A DNA stretch of 63,605 nucleotides, filler included, from Candidatus Hydrogenedentota bacterium (lineage in GTDB: Bacteria; JBFMHD01): the NCBI GenBank assembly GCA_040752395.1. It is 7 parts of 7 records of this genome, joined end to end, with 100 filler letters (N's around TTAATTAATTAA, not from the genome) between each part and the next. Parts side by side here need not be neighbours in the genome. Positions count along the whole stretch, not along the records: positions 1 to 9,138 come from JBFMHD010000113.1; positions 9,239 to 18,322 come from JBFMHD010000114.1; 5 more parts are not named here. One strand, 5' to 3'. The stretch's first letter is position 1; each line of letters opens with the position of its first letter. The notes under the pieces are model-generated. The model was given only the letters and a program-made list of their open reading frames with translations. It was not told where the DNA came from and ran no database searches. The translations under genes were made by a program, and so were the position numbers. Of this stretch, positions 1 to 9,369 are shown piece by piece.

Positions 1-130
1 GCCGGCTGTAGTCCGTAGCCTGTAGCCTGTAGCCCGTCCTGACACCTCTCACTTCTTCCGTTATCTTGCTTCTTGCTTCTTGCTTCTACTTGATATTATT
101 AGAGTTACAGCGTTTTTCAGAGGAGCCATT
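1..130 (+). repeat. Composite intergenic repeat: GTAGCCT heptamer module plus TTCTTGC terminal module with SD, abutting the yajC start
   Basis: Near-identical to 27400-27505, 34667-34787 and the reverse complement of 45495-45620; ends tttttcagaggagccattATG. Confidence 0.9.
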
Positions 131-493
131 ATGTTTGAAAATTTAATTTATGCACAACAAGCTACACCAACCTCACAGTCCCAACCTGGTTGGGGTTCTG
201 TGTTACTTCCTTTTGTTCTAATATTTTTTGTTTTCTATTTTATTGTTATAAGACCGCAGAAGAAAGAACAGAAAAAACAGGATGATATTAGAAAGTCGCT
301 TCAAAAGGGAGACAAAGTAGTCACGATTGGCGGCATTATTGGAACCGTAACTATTGTTAAAGATGAAATCGTTGTTTTGAAAGTTGATGACAACACCAGG
401 ATAGAATTCAGAAAAAATGCCATCTCGTATAAAATACCAGAACCCGAGAAAAATAAAGAACAGATCAGTGCTAAACTAGGAGGCCCAAAATAA
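131..493 (+). CDS. yajC: Preprotein translocase subunit YajC
   Basis: TM segment then FYFIVIRPQKK...LQKGDKVVTIGGIIG; SD aggag before ATG131. The ORF-track extension to 80 is repeat-derived. Confidence 0.93.
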   Translation: MFENLIYAQQATPTSQSQPGWGSVLLPFVLIFFVFYFIVIRPQKKEQKKQDDIRKSLQKGDKVVTIGGIIGTVTIVKDEIVVLKVDDNTRIEFRKNAISYKIPEPEKNKEQISAKLGGPK

Positions 494-495
494 TC

Positions 496-768
496 GTGGT
501 TAAAACGAGACAATTTATTGTTAAGGGTCGAGTACAGGGAGTGGGGTTTAGATATTTTGTTTACAGGTATTGTGTTAATCTGGGATTAAGAGGCTATGTA
601 AAGAACCTGCGGGATGGAAATGTTGAGGTTGTTGCTCGTGGAGAAGAGGAAATATTAAATACTTTGTATGGAATACTAAAAGAAGGACCACATCTTGCAA
701 TAGTAAAAGATATCCATGTTAATGAACTAAATGGCGTTAGTTTTACAGATTTTGATATAAGGTATTAA
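496..768 (+). CDS. acyP: Acylphosphatase
   Basis: GRVQGVGFR and GYVKNLRDGNVE motifs. Confidence 0.95.
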   Translation: MVKTRQFIVKGRVQGVGFRYFVYRYCVNLGLRGYVKNLRDGNVEVVARGEEEILNTLYGILKEGPHLAIVKDIHVNELNGVSFTDFDIRY

Positions 769-845
769 GTAACTACTGAACTTTGAGCTTAAACCGTACG
801 GAATCCGTAGCACGTGGCATGGAGCCGGTAGTCTGCAATCTTTAT

Positions 846-1652
846 ATGAGATTTGGGTTTTGTATCCATTTTGGATTAAAAGATATTATAAAAGCTATTA
901 AGAAAGCTAAAAGATTAGGGTTTAATTATGTAGATATTACAATTGACCATCCTACAATGATGGAGGTTGATGTAAGAGAGATAAAGAGATTATTAAAAGA
1001 TTATGAAATGGAGATAGGAATACAAACGCCCTGGGAGACTATATTCTTAGCCTCAAGCTGGGAAGAATGCATTCGAGGGAATTTAGAGGTTATTGATAGA
1101 TGTTTTTCATTTGGTGAAAAAATTGGTTCTAAATACCTTAATGTTCATATAAGGGAAGATTTTGGAAATTTTCTTAATATATGGAACCTTACTGAAGAAA
1201 AAAAACAATTAATGACAGAAACCCTGAAAGAAATTGTTTCAAGATATTCAAATAAAATGATTGTAACAGCTGAGACACCAGGGAGTTCTATTTTCTCTGT
1301 ACCAGAAAATTTTAACAGTATAATAAGAGAAAGCGGTTGTGATGTCTGCATTGATACCGGTCATATCTGGCAGAGCACAAAAAATAATTATAAAAAATTT
1401 GTTCATTGGTTTAATATTCTTAATGATAAAATAAAAGTCATCCATCTCTCCGGTGGAAAAAAGACAAAAACAAGGGTTGCCCCACATTATGTACCTAACC
1501 TTAAGCAGCTTGAAATAATGACTGATTGCTTTAAAAGATGCAAAAATCTGAATTACATTATGTTTGAATTCTTTAGAGGTGTAAAACCTGAGAATTTACA
1601 CAAAAGAGAGATACAAATTTTAAAAAAATTAAGAGATGAGATAGATTACTGA
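846..1652 (+). CDS. Sugar phosphate isomerase/epimerase (xylose isomerase-like TIM barrel)
   Basis: MRFGF start; E(TP), DTGH, HLS and FE metal-ligand pattern. Confidence 0.7.
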   Translation: MRFGFCIHFGLKDIIKAIKKAKRLGFNYVDITIDHPTMMEVDVREIKRLLKDYEMEIGIQTPWETIFLASSWEECIRGNLEVIDRCFSFGEKIGSKYLNVHIREDFGNFLNIWNLTEEKKQLMTETLKEIVSRYSNKMIVTAETPGSSIFSVPENFNSIIRESGCDVCIDTGHIWQSTKNNYKKFVHWFNILNDKIKVIHLSGGKKTKTRVAPHYVPNLKQLEIMTDCFKRCKNLNYIMFEFFRGVKPENLHKREIQILKKLRDEIDY

Positions 1653-2530
1653 ATAGTTATATATTTTAATATCAAAAATAAAAAGAGTGGATATAGTAAA
1701 GTTGAGACAAATACAGTGCTCGCTGCAAATGAAGCCCCTTTTTTACATTCCTCTGATATTAAATAACTCATCACAGCTGAGGGTGTGGCTGATAAAATTA
1801 ATATAACAGGCATAATCTCTTTCGGGGGTGAGAATAAAAGTATAAATAAAGAGGCAAAAAATAGCCCGAAAAAATATCTGAATAATACCCCACCTGAAAT
1901 AAATAAAAGATTTTCTAATTTTAATGATGAGAGTGAGATGCCAAGAGTGACAAGAGCGACTGGCAGAGCGGATTTTGCAGGGAATGAAATAAAATTCAGG
2001 ATATATTGAGGCAGTGATAATCCTGTTAGATTAAATATTATCCCTAAAAGTATAGCAAAAAGCACAGGGTTAATTAATAAAACTTTAAGCCGTTCTCTTT
2101 TTGGGATATCAGACCCGGCAATAGACAGCCCGAGTGTAAAAATTAGAACTGATTGAGTCTGGTCATAGATAATGGCAAGCGAGGTTTTTTCATAACCAAA
2201 AAGAGATTCTATAATAGGTATGCCAAGGAATCCAGAATTCATAAAAACTACGGGTAACATATAGCTGCTAAAATCTATCCCTAAAATTTTTCCAGAAATC
2301 ACTATGAAAACAGTTGAAAAGAAAATAACAAAAAAAGCAGAGAATATCATATAGAAAATATTAGATCCTATAATATTGACCCCAACGATTGAGAGAAAGA
2401 CATAGAACGGTAAGAGATAATTAACAACGAGGACTGACAAATCTTCTACATTAAATTTTCTGATTTTCCCGGCAACAAACCCGATTAAAATAGCAAGAAA
2501 TACTACAAGCCATTTATAAGAAATATTCAT
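1646..2530 (-). CDS. AEC family (auxin efflux carrier-like) transporter
   Basis: About 10 TM segments, NSGFLGIP and NPVLFA motifs. Confidence 0.85.
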   Translation of the reverse strand: MNISYKWLVVFLAILIGFVAGKIRKFNVEDLSVLVVNYLLPFYVFLSIVGVNIIGSNIFYMIFSAFFVIFFSTVFIVISGKILGIDFSSYMLPVVFMNSGFLGIPIIESLFGYEKTSLAIIYDQTQSVLIFTLGLSIAGSDIPKRERLKVLLINPVLFAILLGIIFNLTGLSLPQYILNFISFPAKSALPVALVTLGISLSSLKLENLLFISGGVLFRYFFGLFFASLFILLFSPPKEIMPVILILSATPSAVMSYLISEECKKGASFAASTVFVSTLLYPLFLFLILKYITIQ

Positions 2531-2576
2531 AAAACCCAAAACCTATAACCGAAAACCAGACACCGAACCTAAAAAC
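2531..2576. repeat. AAAACCC/ATAACCG/ACACCGA heptamer module directly upstream of the AEC transporter start
   Basis: Matches 13314-13359; related reverse-complement copy at 53231-53260. Confidence 0.75.
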
Positions 2577-2647
2577 TTTATATTATAATAATCTATCAGT
2601 CAAAATTTTTCTTTACTTTTTTCTTATTAATAGAGATATTTACTAAA

Positions 2648-3919
2648 ATGAAACCAGCATCCTTAATTTTTATATATCTTTTTATCTTAATTCAACCATT
2701 GTCCAGTATAACTATCACTTTATGGCATTCGGCGCTCGGGAAAGAGGCCGAAGTGATTGAAGGTCTTGCTACTATTTTTAATCTGCAAAGCAATGATATA
2801 AATTTAAGGGTTGAAAATGTCAGAAAGGAAGGCCAGGGATGGTTTATCTCAGATTATGTTGTTAAGAAGGTGAAGGAGGGTAGGGGACCTGATGTTTTTA
2901 TCTGGGTCAATGATAAAATAGGTTATTGGGCAAATCATAATATTATATATCCGCTTGATGAATTTCTTGATAAAGATAAGATTTACGAATTTTTGCCCTC
3001 AACAGTAGAGGCTGTTAAATTTAATGAACGTTATTATGGATTACCCGTTGCTTTTGAATGTCTTATTTTATTTTACAATAAAAAATATATAAAGAATCCA
3101 CCACTTACTACTGATGATTTAATAAAACTTGCAAAAGAATTTACTGACAAAAAGCATCAATTATTTGGCCTGTGTTATCAGAATAGAGATTTTTATCATC
3201 ATGCTATATGGTTTAATGGTTTTGGGGCAAAACTTTTTGATGAGCGTGGCAAACCAATAGTGACCTCTAAAGAATGCAGAGACTCCTTAATATTTGCTAA
3301 AAGAATTATAACAAATGAAAAGATTTTTCTTCTGAGTTCTGATATTGGTGGTGATGAGGTGAGTTATGATTTACAATTTAAATATTTTAACGAAGAAAAA
3401 ATTGCTATGATGATTACCGGACCCTGGGCTTTATGCTCTATAAATTCAAATATAGATTTCGGCATAGCTAAACTACCGTTTATTAAGGAAGCTAACAATT
3501 GGGCCGAACCGTATCTTGGTGTTAAAGCTATAATGATAACAACCTCATCTAAACATAAAAAAGAGGCTTTTTCTGTTGCGTCATTTTACGCTTCAAGTTA
3601 TGCAGGGTATGTATTTGCAACCCAGGCTGGATACCAGCCTGCTGCTAAAGGTGCTTATGCTTATGATGAGGTCAATAAAAACCAGTTTTCTATAATGTTT
3701 AGAAATCAAGCTTATAATTCAAAACCGTTACCAAATAGAGAAGAAATGGAAATAGTGTGGAATGTTATGAATGGTTACTGGCAGACTGCCGGCGACCCCT
3801 CAACTGAAAGAAAAGGCATAATCACTCTGATAACTATTGAAAATGGATCGACGGAAAAAGTGTTAAAGGATTATCAGAAAATAGTTGATGAAGAATTCAA
3901 AAAAATGAGGAAGAAATAA
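2648..3919 (+). CDS. Extracellular solute-binding protein, maltose/sugar type
   Basis: Signal peptide; ITLWH, GPDVF, YGLP..LFYNK and MITGPW motifs. Confidence 0.88.
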   Translation: MKPASLIFIYLFILIQPLSSITITLWHSALGKEAEVIEGLATIFNLQSNDINLRVENVRKEGQGWFISDYVVKKVKEGRGPDVFIWVNDKIGYWANHNIIYPLDEFLDKDKIYEFLPSTVEAVKFNERYYGLPVAFECLILFYNKKYIKNPPLTTDDLIKLAKEFTDKKHQLFGLCYQNRDFYHHAIWFNGFGAKLFDERGKPIVTSKECRDSLIFAKRIITNEKIFLLSSDIGGDEVSYDLQFKYFNEEKIAMMITGPWALCSINSNIDFGIAKLPFIKEANNWAEPYLGVKAIMITTSSKHKKEAFSVASFYASSYAGYVFATQAGYQPAAKGAYAYDEVNKNQFSIMFRNQAYNSKPLPNREEMEIVWNVMNGYWQTAGDPSTERKGIITLITIENGSTEKVLKDYQKIVDEEFKKMRKK

Positions 3920-5814
3920 TGAGAATACAACATAAACTTTTTCTCGTAATGGTGGCTGTCACAATTATACCCTTGATTATATTTGGCAGCCTCTCATTAA
4001 ATCAATCGTCGAAAATAATTAAAACAAGAGTATTGGTTCAACTTCAGAAATTAGGTGTAGACCAGAGCAAAATTATTAAAGAGTATTTTCTAAATCTTGA
4101 TGAAGAGATTAAATGGTTCGAAACTAATGATAATTTTCAGCTCTATATAAGATATTTTGACTCGGGGAAAGACATATCTTTCCTTAAGAGTCTGCTTGAA
4201 AGTTCTTTTAGTTATAGAATGAAAAACATTGAGGAACTTCAGGCTATACGATTTTATAGCAGTGACAAACAGGTGAAATTTGAACTCGGGAAACTCGAAT
4301 TTTTTCCACGGGATATAAAAGAAGAATATCTCCTGACAAACTCTGTTTTTCTTTTTAGAACCGAAGACGGTTTTTTAAGAATGAACGTTGTAAAACCGAT
4401 ATTTCTGGAAGGCTTCGAGACCACTCGCGGTTATTTAGTGCTCGGATTAAACTCTACCAGGTTTTTAAATTTGTTTGATAACTGGACACTTGGTGAAAAT
4501 GAAGAGGCAATAGGATTTATTCTTGATACTAAAAACCGTTTCTTTGCCCATACAAAAGATAGTAAAATATTGGAATCATCAAAATCAATTGATTTTGAAA
4601 AAAATACTTTTACCGATAGAGATATTAAAGACAAATTTATATATCTTAAATTTGTGCTTTCCGAAACACCTTATCTCACAAAAGATTCATATCTTTATGC
4701 TGCTGTCTCTCTAAATAAATTTATGCAACCAGTTAATCTTTTAAGAAAAATGGTGATATGGGTTGGTATAGCATCTTTGCTGGTGGCTTTGTTTTTATCT
4801 TATCTTATGGCAAAAACCATTATTCAGCCGGTAGAGAGTCTTGTTGAAGGTGCAAGGATCGTTGCCAGGGGAGACCTTAATTATCAGATCCCATTACAGA
4901 GAACTGACGAGCTGGGAGAACTTACTGATACCTTTAATGAGATGATAAGAAATCTTAAAGAAGCATATAGAAAACTCGAAAATCAAATCGAGTTAGTTAA
5001 TGCTGATTTAGCCCGAACCAATGAAGAATTGAAAATAAGCAACGAAGAACTCCAAAAAAAACAGAGACAGATTGAAGAAGAACTTGATTTCGCAAGACAG
5101 GTGCAGGAAGGGTTGCTGCCGGATGTACCTGAAAAATTAGTTGGTATAGATTTGGCCTCCAAAATGATACCTGCAAAAGCTGTTGGCGGAGATTTTTTTG
5201 CCTATGATTTTGACCCGGATTTCCCTCAACGCATTAGCATTGGCATCGGTGATGTTAGTGGGAAAGGAGTACCAGCTGCATTACTCATGGTCGCTGTAAG
5301 AGACCAATTTCAGTCAATAACGAAATCTGAAAAAGCGCCCGGACGGGTACTCAGCTTATTGAATAAAAGTATCCATCAGGATATAGGAGCTGAATTATTT
5401 GTAACTTTCTTAAATGCTGAGATAGATGTAAAAAATATGGTTCTTTTGGTATCAAGCGGTGGCCATCACCCTGCTCTCGTTTATAGAAATAAAACCGGCG
5501 AGATTGAGGAGGTATCCTCTGGCGGTATTATACTTGGTATGTTCGCTGATATAAAATATCAAGAAAAAGTTGTTGAAATTAACAAGGGAGATGTTATACT
5601 TCTATATACCGATGGCGTTGTTGAGGCTGTATCTCCCGTGAAAGAGATGTTCGGCATAGATAAATTGAAAGGATTATTTAAAACTTATGCTAATGATTCC
5701 GCAGGCAATATTTGCTATAATCTTTATCAGAAGATTTTAGATTTTGTTGAATCAACGCCGCAGTTTGATGATATAACGATTATTGTGGCTAAGATTGGAG
5801 GAACAGATCAATGA
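3919..5814 (+). CDS. Membrane PP2C/SpoIIE phosphatase (RsbU-like) with extracytoplasmic sensor and HAMP domain
   Basis: Two TMs, HAMP (DELGELTDTFNEM), VGGDF, DVSGKGVPAAL, YTDG, DDIT. Confidence 0.9.
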   Translation: MRIQHKLFLVMVAVTIIPLIIFGSLSLNQSSKIIKTRVLVQLQKLGVDQSKIIKEYFLNLDEEIKWFETNDNFQLYIRYFDSGKDISFLKSLLESSFSYRMKNIEELQAIRFYSSDKQVKFELGKLEFFPRDIKEEYLLTNSVFLFRTEDGFLRMNVVKPIFLEGFETTRGYLVLGLNSTRFLNLFDNWTLGENEEAIGFILDTKNRFFAHTKDSKILESSKSIDFEKNTFTDRDIKDKFIYLKFVLSETPYLTKDSYLYAAVSLNKFMQPVNLLRKMVIWVGIASLLVALFLSYLMAKTIIQPVESLVEGARIVARGDLNYQIPLQRTDELGELTDTFNEMIRNLKEAYRKLENQIELVNADLARTNEELKISNEELQKKQRQIEEELDFARQVQEGLLPDVPEKLVGIDLASKMIPAKAVGGDFFAYDFDPDFPQRISIGIGDVSGKGVPAALLMVAVRDQFQSITKSEKAPGRVLSLLNKSIHQDIGAELFVTFLNAEIDVKNMVLLVSSGGHHPALVYRNKTGEIEEVSSGGIILGMFADIKYQEKVVEINKGDVILLYTDGVVEAVSPVKEMFGIDKLKGLFKTYANDSAGNICYNLYQKILDFVESTPQFDDITIIVAKIGGTDQ

Positions 5815-6173
5815 AGGAAGAATATTTCAGCATTAATGTAAGGTCAGATAGACCGGGTGGTGATATAAAAATTATTGATCTTGAAGGAGAACTTGATATT
5901 ACAACTCTTTCTGCTTTGAGAGATATGTTTGATGATTTATATGAAAATAAGTATTATCAGTTAATTATAAATTTTTCTAATGTTAAATATATTGACAGCA
6001 CCATTTTTGGATTACTCGTAAATAAACTGAAGATATCGCGTCACAATTTTGGTGATATTAAAATATTCGGTTTAAATGAGCAACTGATGAGAATTTTTAA
6101 AGTTCTCGGTGGTTTAAAAATATACAAAATTTATGAAAATGAAAAAAAAGCTGTCGAGGCATTCAAGGAATGA
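5811..6173 (+). CDS. STAS-domain anti-sigma factor antagonist
   Basis: LEGELD and V(K)YIDS(T) phospho-site motif. Confidence 0.88.
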   Translation: MKEEYFSINVRSDRPGGDIKIIDLEGELDITTLSALRDMFDDLYENKYYQLIINFSNVKYIDSTIFGLLVNKLKISRHNFGDIKIFGLNEQLMRIFKVLGGLKIYKIYENEKKAVEAFKE

Positions 6174-6703
6174 AAGATAGTGTTAAAGAAATAGATATAA
6201 AAAAGTTGAACATTGAGAATATAGCCCCAAACCATCTTAAAATTACTTTCCCTAACGATTTTTCTTATGTAAGAATTGTCAGGAAAGCCTGTATAGATTT
6301 TGTTAAAGGGTTTATAGAGAATGAAAATAAACTATTTCAACTTGAGATTTTAATTGATGAAGTCTGTAATAATGCTATAGAACATGGTTCCCCACTTTAT
6401 AAAATGCAGGATATCTATATTAATATCTGGTGCCGAAAAGACGAGATAAAGGTTCGGATTCAGGATGGTGGTAAAGGATATCGGGTAGGAGACGATGAGC
6501 TTAACAGAGAGTTTAGTAAGGAGATTATAAAAGAGAGAGAGGAATTATTCGAGGGATTAAGAGAGATACGCCGAGGACGAGGACTTCTACTTTTAAAAGA
6601 ATTATCCTCTTATTTTGATATCAATCTTGATCCTGTACGTGGGTCAGTTATCGAGTTCTCGGTATGCCCGCGTAGCTCAGCTGGCAGAGCAGCTGATTCG
6701 TAA
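6170..6703 (+). CDS. Anti-sigma factor / Ser kinase (RsbW-like HATPase_c)
   Basis: EVCNNAIEHG, DGGKG, RGRGL motifs. Confidence 0.87.
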   Translation: MKDSVKEIDIKKLNIENIAPNHLKITFPNDFSYVRIVRKACIDFVKGFIENENKLFQLEILIDEVCNNAIEHGSPLYKMQDIYINIWCRKDEIKVRIQDGGKGYRVGDDELNREFSKEIIKEREELFEGLREIRRGRGLLLLKELSSYFDINLDPVRGSVIEFSVCPRSSAGRAADS

Positions 6704-6738
6704 TCAGCAGGTCAGCAGTTCGAATCTGCTCGTGGGCT
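6666..6738 (+). tRNA. tRNA-Thr(CGT)
   Basis: Acceptor GCCCGCG/CGTGGGC, D arm AGCTCAGCTGGCAGAGC, anticodon arm GCTGA-TTCGTAA-TCAGC, T loop GTTCGAATC. Confidence 0.93.
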
Positions 6739-6745
6739 TCACCAC

Positions 6746-7990
6746 TTAGAATTGTTCTTCAAAAAGTTTGTAGAGGTATTCTTTTAGTTTTGCGGTTAGC
6801 GGACGTCTTCTAAATTTTTTAGCATCCAACGCCTCGCAATCCTTTAAATCCTTTTCAAATATTTGACCCATCTTCTCTGCAAAATTTTTATCGTAAATAT
6901 TAACATTTAATTCTTCATTGAGTTTGAAACTTCGGTTATCAAAATTTGTAGAGCCTATCGTTGTCCATAAGCCATCAGCTGTCGCAAACTTTGAATGCAG
7001 TTTCTGTTTTTTATATTCATATATTTTCACCCCGTTTTTTAATAGTTCGCCATAATAGGTTCTACCTGCGTATATCGGTGCTTTAGCATCAGTTGCTGAT
7101 AGACCCGGAACTATTATTCTTACATCAACACCTCGTTTTGCTGCTTCAATAAATGATTTTACTGATAAATCGTCAGGTACAAAATATGCGTTCTCCATAA
7201 AGAAATTTTTACGCGCTGAATTCAATGCAAAAAGATAGATATGCTGGATCGCAGAGCTCCCGTTACGCGGTGAACTACCCACAATTCTTAAAGATACATC
7301 GCCTTGCTTCTGTAATGTCGGGAAGTATTCAGGACCTGTTAACACCTCACCGGTTAGTTCCAGCCAGTGTTCCATAAAAATGGATTGCATTTGAAACACT
7401 GAGGGACCCTTAATAACGACCTGAATGTCATACCAGTTTTTACTCTCATCTTCACTTAGCCAGTGAGATGATATCCCGAACCCGCCGCTTATACCAATCT
7501 TACCATCAACTATTATAAGTTTCCTATGAGTTCTATTGATATATCTAATAAATCTGCCGAGTTCAATTGGGTGATAGAAATACAGGCGTACACCTGCTTT
7601 TTTCAGCAATGCAGGTATCTCACCGCCAAGATGTCTTGCACCAAACGAATCTATAATAAGATTAATCTTCACCCCGGATTTTGATTTTCTGCATAATATC
7701 TCAGCAATTTTTCTTCCAATCTCATCATCGTGATAAATATAGGACTCAATATTTATGCTATATTGAGCATTTTCAAGAAGACTGCAAATCAGTTTGTAAG
7801 TTTCTTTACCTGAGTTAATTATCTGGGCATCATTACCCTCAAGTATAGCGGTTCGGCTTATGCCTGAGATAGTCTGGTAGAATGCAGGGTCTTCGAGGTT
7901 TACCTCCGATGGAACAACGATTATCCGTTCATATAAGCAGCCTACTACCAAGCTAATAACAGATAACAGAAAAACGAGCCTATTTTTCAT
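6746..7990 (-). CDS. cls: Cardiolipin synthase / phospholipase D family
   Basis: Two HKD motifs (HRKLIIVD, HSKFATAD) and GSTNFDNRSF. Confidence 0.9.
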   Translation of the reverse strand: MKNRLVFLLSVISLVVGCLYERIIVVPSEVNLEDPAFYQTISGISRTAILEGNDAQIINSGKETYKLICSLLENAQYSINIESYIYHDDEIGRKIAEILCRKSKSGVKINLIIDSFGARHLGGEIPALLKKAGVRLYFYHPIELGRFIRYINRTHRKLIIVDGKIGISGGFGISSHWLSEDESKNWYDIQVVIKGPSVFQMQSIFMEHWLELTGEVLTGPEYFPTLQKQGDVSLRIVGSSPRNGSSAIQHIYLFALNSARKNFFMENAYFVPDDLSVKSFIEAAKRGVDVRIIVPGLSATDAKAPIYAGRTYYGELLKNGVKIYEYKKQKLHSKFATADGLWTTIGSTNFDNRSFKLNEELNVNIYDKNFAEKMGQIFEKDLKDCEALDAKKFRRRPLTAKLKEYLYKLFEEQF

Positions 7991-8107
7991 AACACTTGTG
8001 ATAAAATCACATTAATTAAAAAGTGAGAAGAAAAAAATTGATTAATAAACGCTGCTTTAGTATAATAATTCAAATTATACTACGCTTGAAGGATTGTAGA
8101 TCTTTAA

Positions 8108-8878
8108 ATGTCAAAATTAACTATAGTGCTTACTAACGATGATGGTATTATGGCGCCGGGGCTTGAAATATTGGAGCGGAGGCTTCAAACCATTGCTGAA
8201 GTGACTGTCATAGCTCCTGTTGAACAGATGAGTGCAGTAAGCCATTCTCTAACATTAACAAAGCCTTTACGTGTTGATTTTGTCTCCGCTAACAAATATG
8301 CTGTTTATGGTACACCAGCTGATTGCATAGCTTTCGCTGTAAGGGAGTTATTGCCTGATATACCCGCTTTAGTCGTATCTGGTATAAATAATGGACCTAA
8401 TCTTGGTGAGGATGTTATATATTCAGGTACTGTTGCGGGTGCGCGAGAAGGCGCTTTATATGGGATTACCTCGCTTGCAATATCTCTTGCAAATGAGAAA
8501 AGGATTACTATTCTTCCTGAAGACTACGATAAAGCTTCGAACATCGCTTTGAATGTAATAAAATCAATACTTAAGAATAATTTTCTTTACAAAGATGTAT
8601 TCTTAAATCTTAATGTTCCAGTTTTAAAAGACAGAGAAATAAAAGGATTAAAAGTGACACATCTTGCGTCAAGAAAGTATCTTGGGAAATTCATCCCTGA
8701 TAAAGAAGAGGGTATATCAAAATATTATTGGGTTTCAGGTGATGAGCCACCGGTCTGGGAAGGTAGTGAGCATAGTGATTATTATGCTATAAAGAATGGG
8801 TTTGCATCACTTACACCGCTCGGGCTTGAAGCTACTGCTTATAACAGAATGAAAGAATTTGAGATTCTGGAGTATTAG
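8108..8878 (+). CDS. surE: 5'/3'-nucleotidase SurE
   Basis: TNDDG, GTPADC, SGINNGPNLG, YSGTVAGA. Confidence 0.96.
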   Translation: MSKLTIVLTNDDGIMAPGLEILERRLQTIAEVTVIAPVEQMSAVSHSLTLTKPLRVDFVSANKYAVYGTPADCIAFAVRELLPDIPALVVSGINNGPNLGEDVIYSGTVAGAREGALYGITSLAISLANEKRITILPEDYDKASNIALNVIKSILKNNFLYKDVFLNLNVPVLKDREIKGLKVTHLASRKYLGKFIPDKEEGISKYYWVSGDEPPVWEGSEHSDYYAIKNGFASLTPLGLEATAYNRMKEFEILEY

Positions 8879-8919
8879 GCAACATTTTGCAAATGTCGAA
8901 TTAGAAATTGAAGTTAGAG

Positions 8920-9138
8920 GTAGCTGCCTGCGCCGCGCTCTACCGCGGCAGCCAGGCAAAGGCACAAAGGCACAGAGGCACAAAGTATGAAAAGAGTCGT
9001 GAGTCGTGAGTCGTGAGTCAAAACAGGACTCGAGACTCAAGACTCAAGACTTTTTAGCAGGCTTTTGGCTTTTGGCTACAGCCGGCTGGAGTCTGAAGCC
9101 AGTAAGCCCGAAACCTGAATTTACAATGGAGCAAAGCG
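8920..9138 (+). repeat. Stacked repeat modules: GC-rich palindrome, GGCACA(A/G)A octamers, GAGTCGT/GACTCAA inverted heptamer arrays, GGCTTTT/AAGCC module
   Basis: Modules recur at 17286-17311, 27310-27400, 30386-30450 and 35664-35718; runs into the contig end. Confidence 0.85.
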
Positions 9139-9238
9139 NNNNNNNNNNNNNNNNNNNNNNNNNNNNNNNNNNNNNNNNNNNNTTAATTAATTAANNNNNN
9201 NNNNNNNNNNNNNNNNNNNNNNNNNNNNNNNNNNNNNN
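9139..9238. other. Artificial contig linker (N44-TTAATTAATTAA-N44)
   Basis: Identical all-frame-stop spacer also at 18323-18422, 27506-27605, 36671-36770, 45830-45929 and 54808-54907. Confidence 0.98.
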
Positions 9239-9367
9239 CTTTAACTGCTCATCTGTTTTCTTTAACTGTTCATCTGTTTTTTTTAATTGCTCATCTGTCT
9301 TCTTCTGGCTTTCTTTTAGTTCTTCAATCCCTTTTAATATTTTGTCTATATCATATCTTTTATTCAT
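9239..9367 (-). CDS. N-terminal fragment of a coiled-coil protein with KKTDEQL repeats (DUF3782-like); truncated by contig end
   Basis: MNKRYDIDKILKGIEELKESQ(KKTDEQL)x3; 21-nt tandem repeat. Confidence 0.65.
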
Positions 9368-9369
9368 AA

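Noticed and set aside
1-110. Possible true overlap joining contig end 27505 to window start
   Set aside because: The copies differ in heptamer number and at tattatt/tatcatt and cagcg/caatg, so they are separate loci.
80-130. Shared N-terminal peptide LLLDIIRVT.FF in several ORF-track proteins (80, 18687, 21456, 45548)
   Set aside because: In-frame translation of the repeat upstream of the true SD-ATG; not in frame at all copies, so not treated as a protein domain.
9006-9194. ORFs 9006-9194, 8807-9040, 13078-13263, 17221-17427, 18598-18840 and 45445-45877
   Set aside because: Translations of heptamer/octamer arrays or read-through into N gaps.
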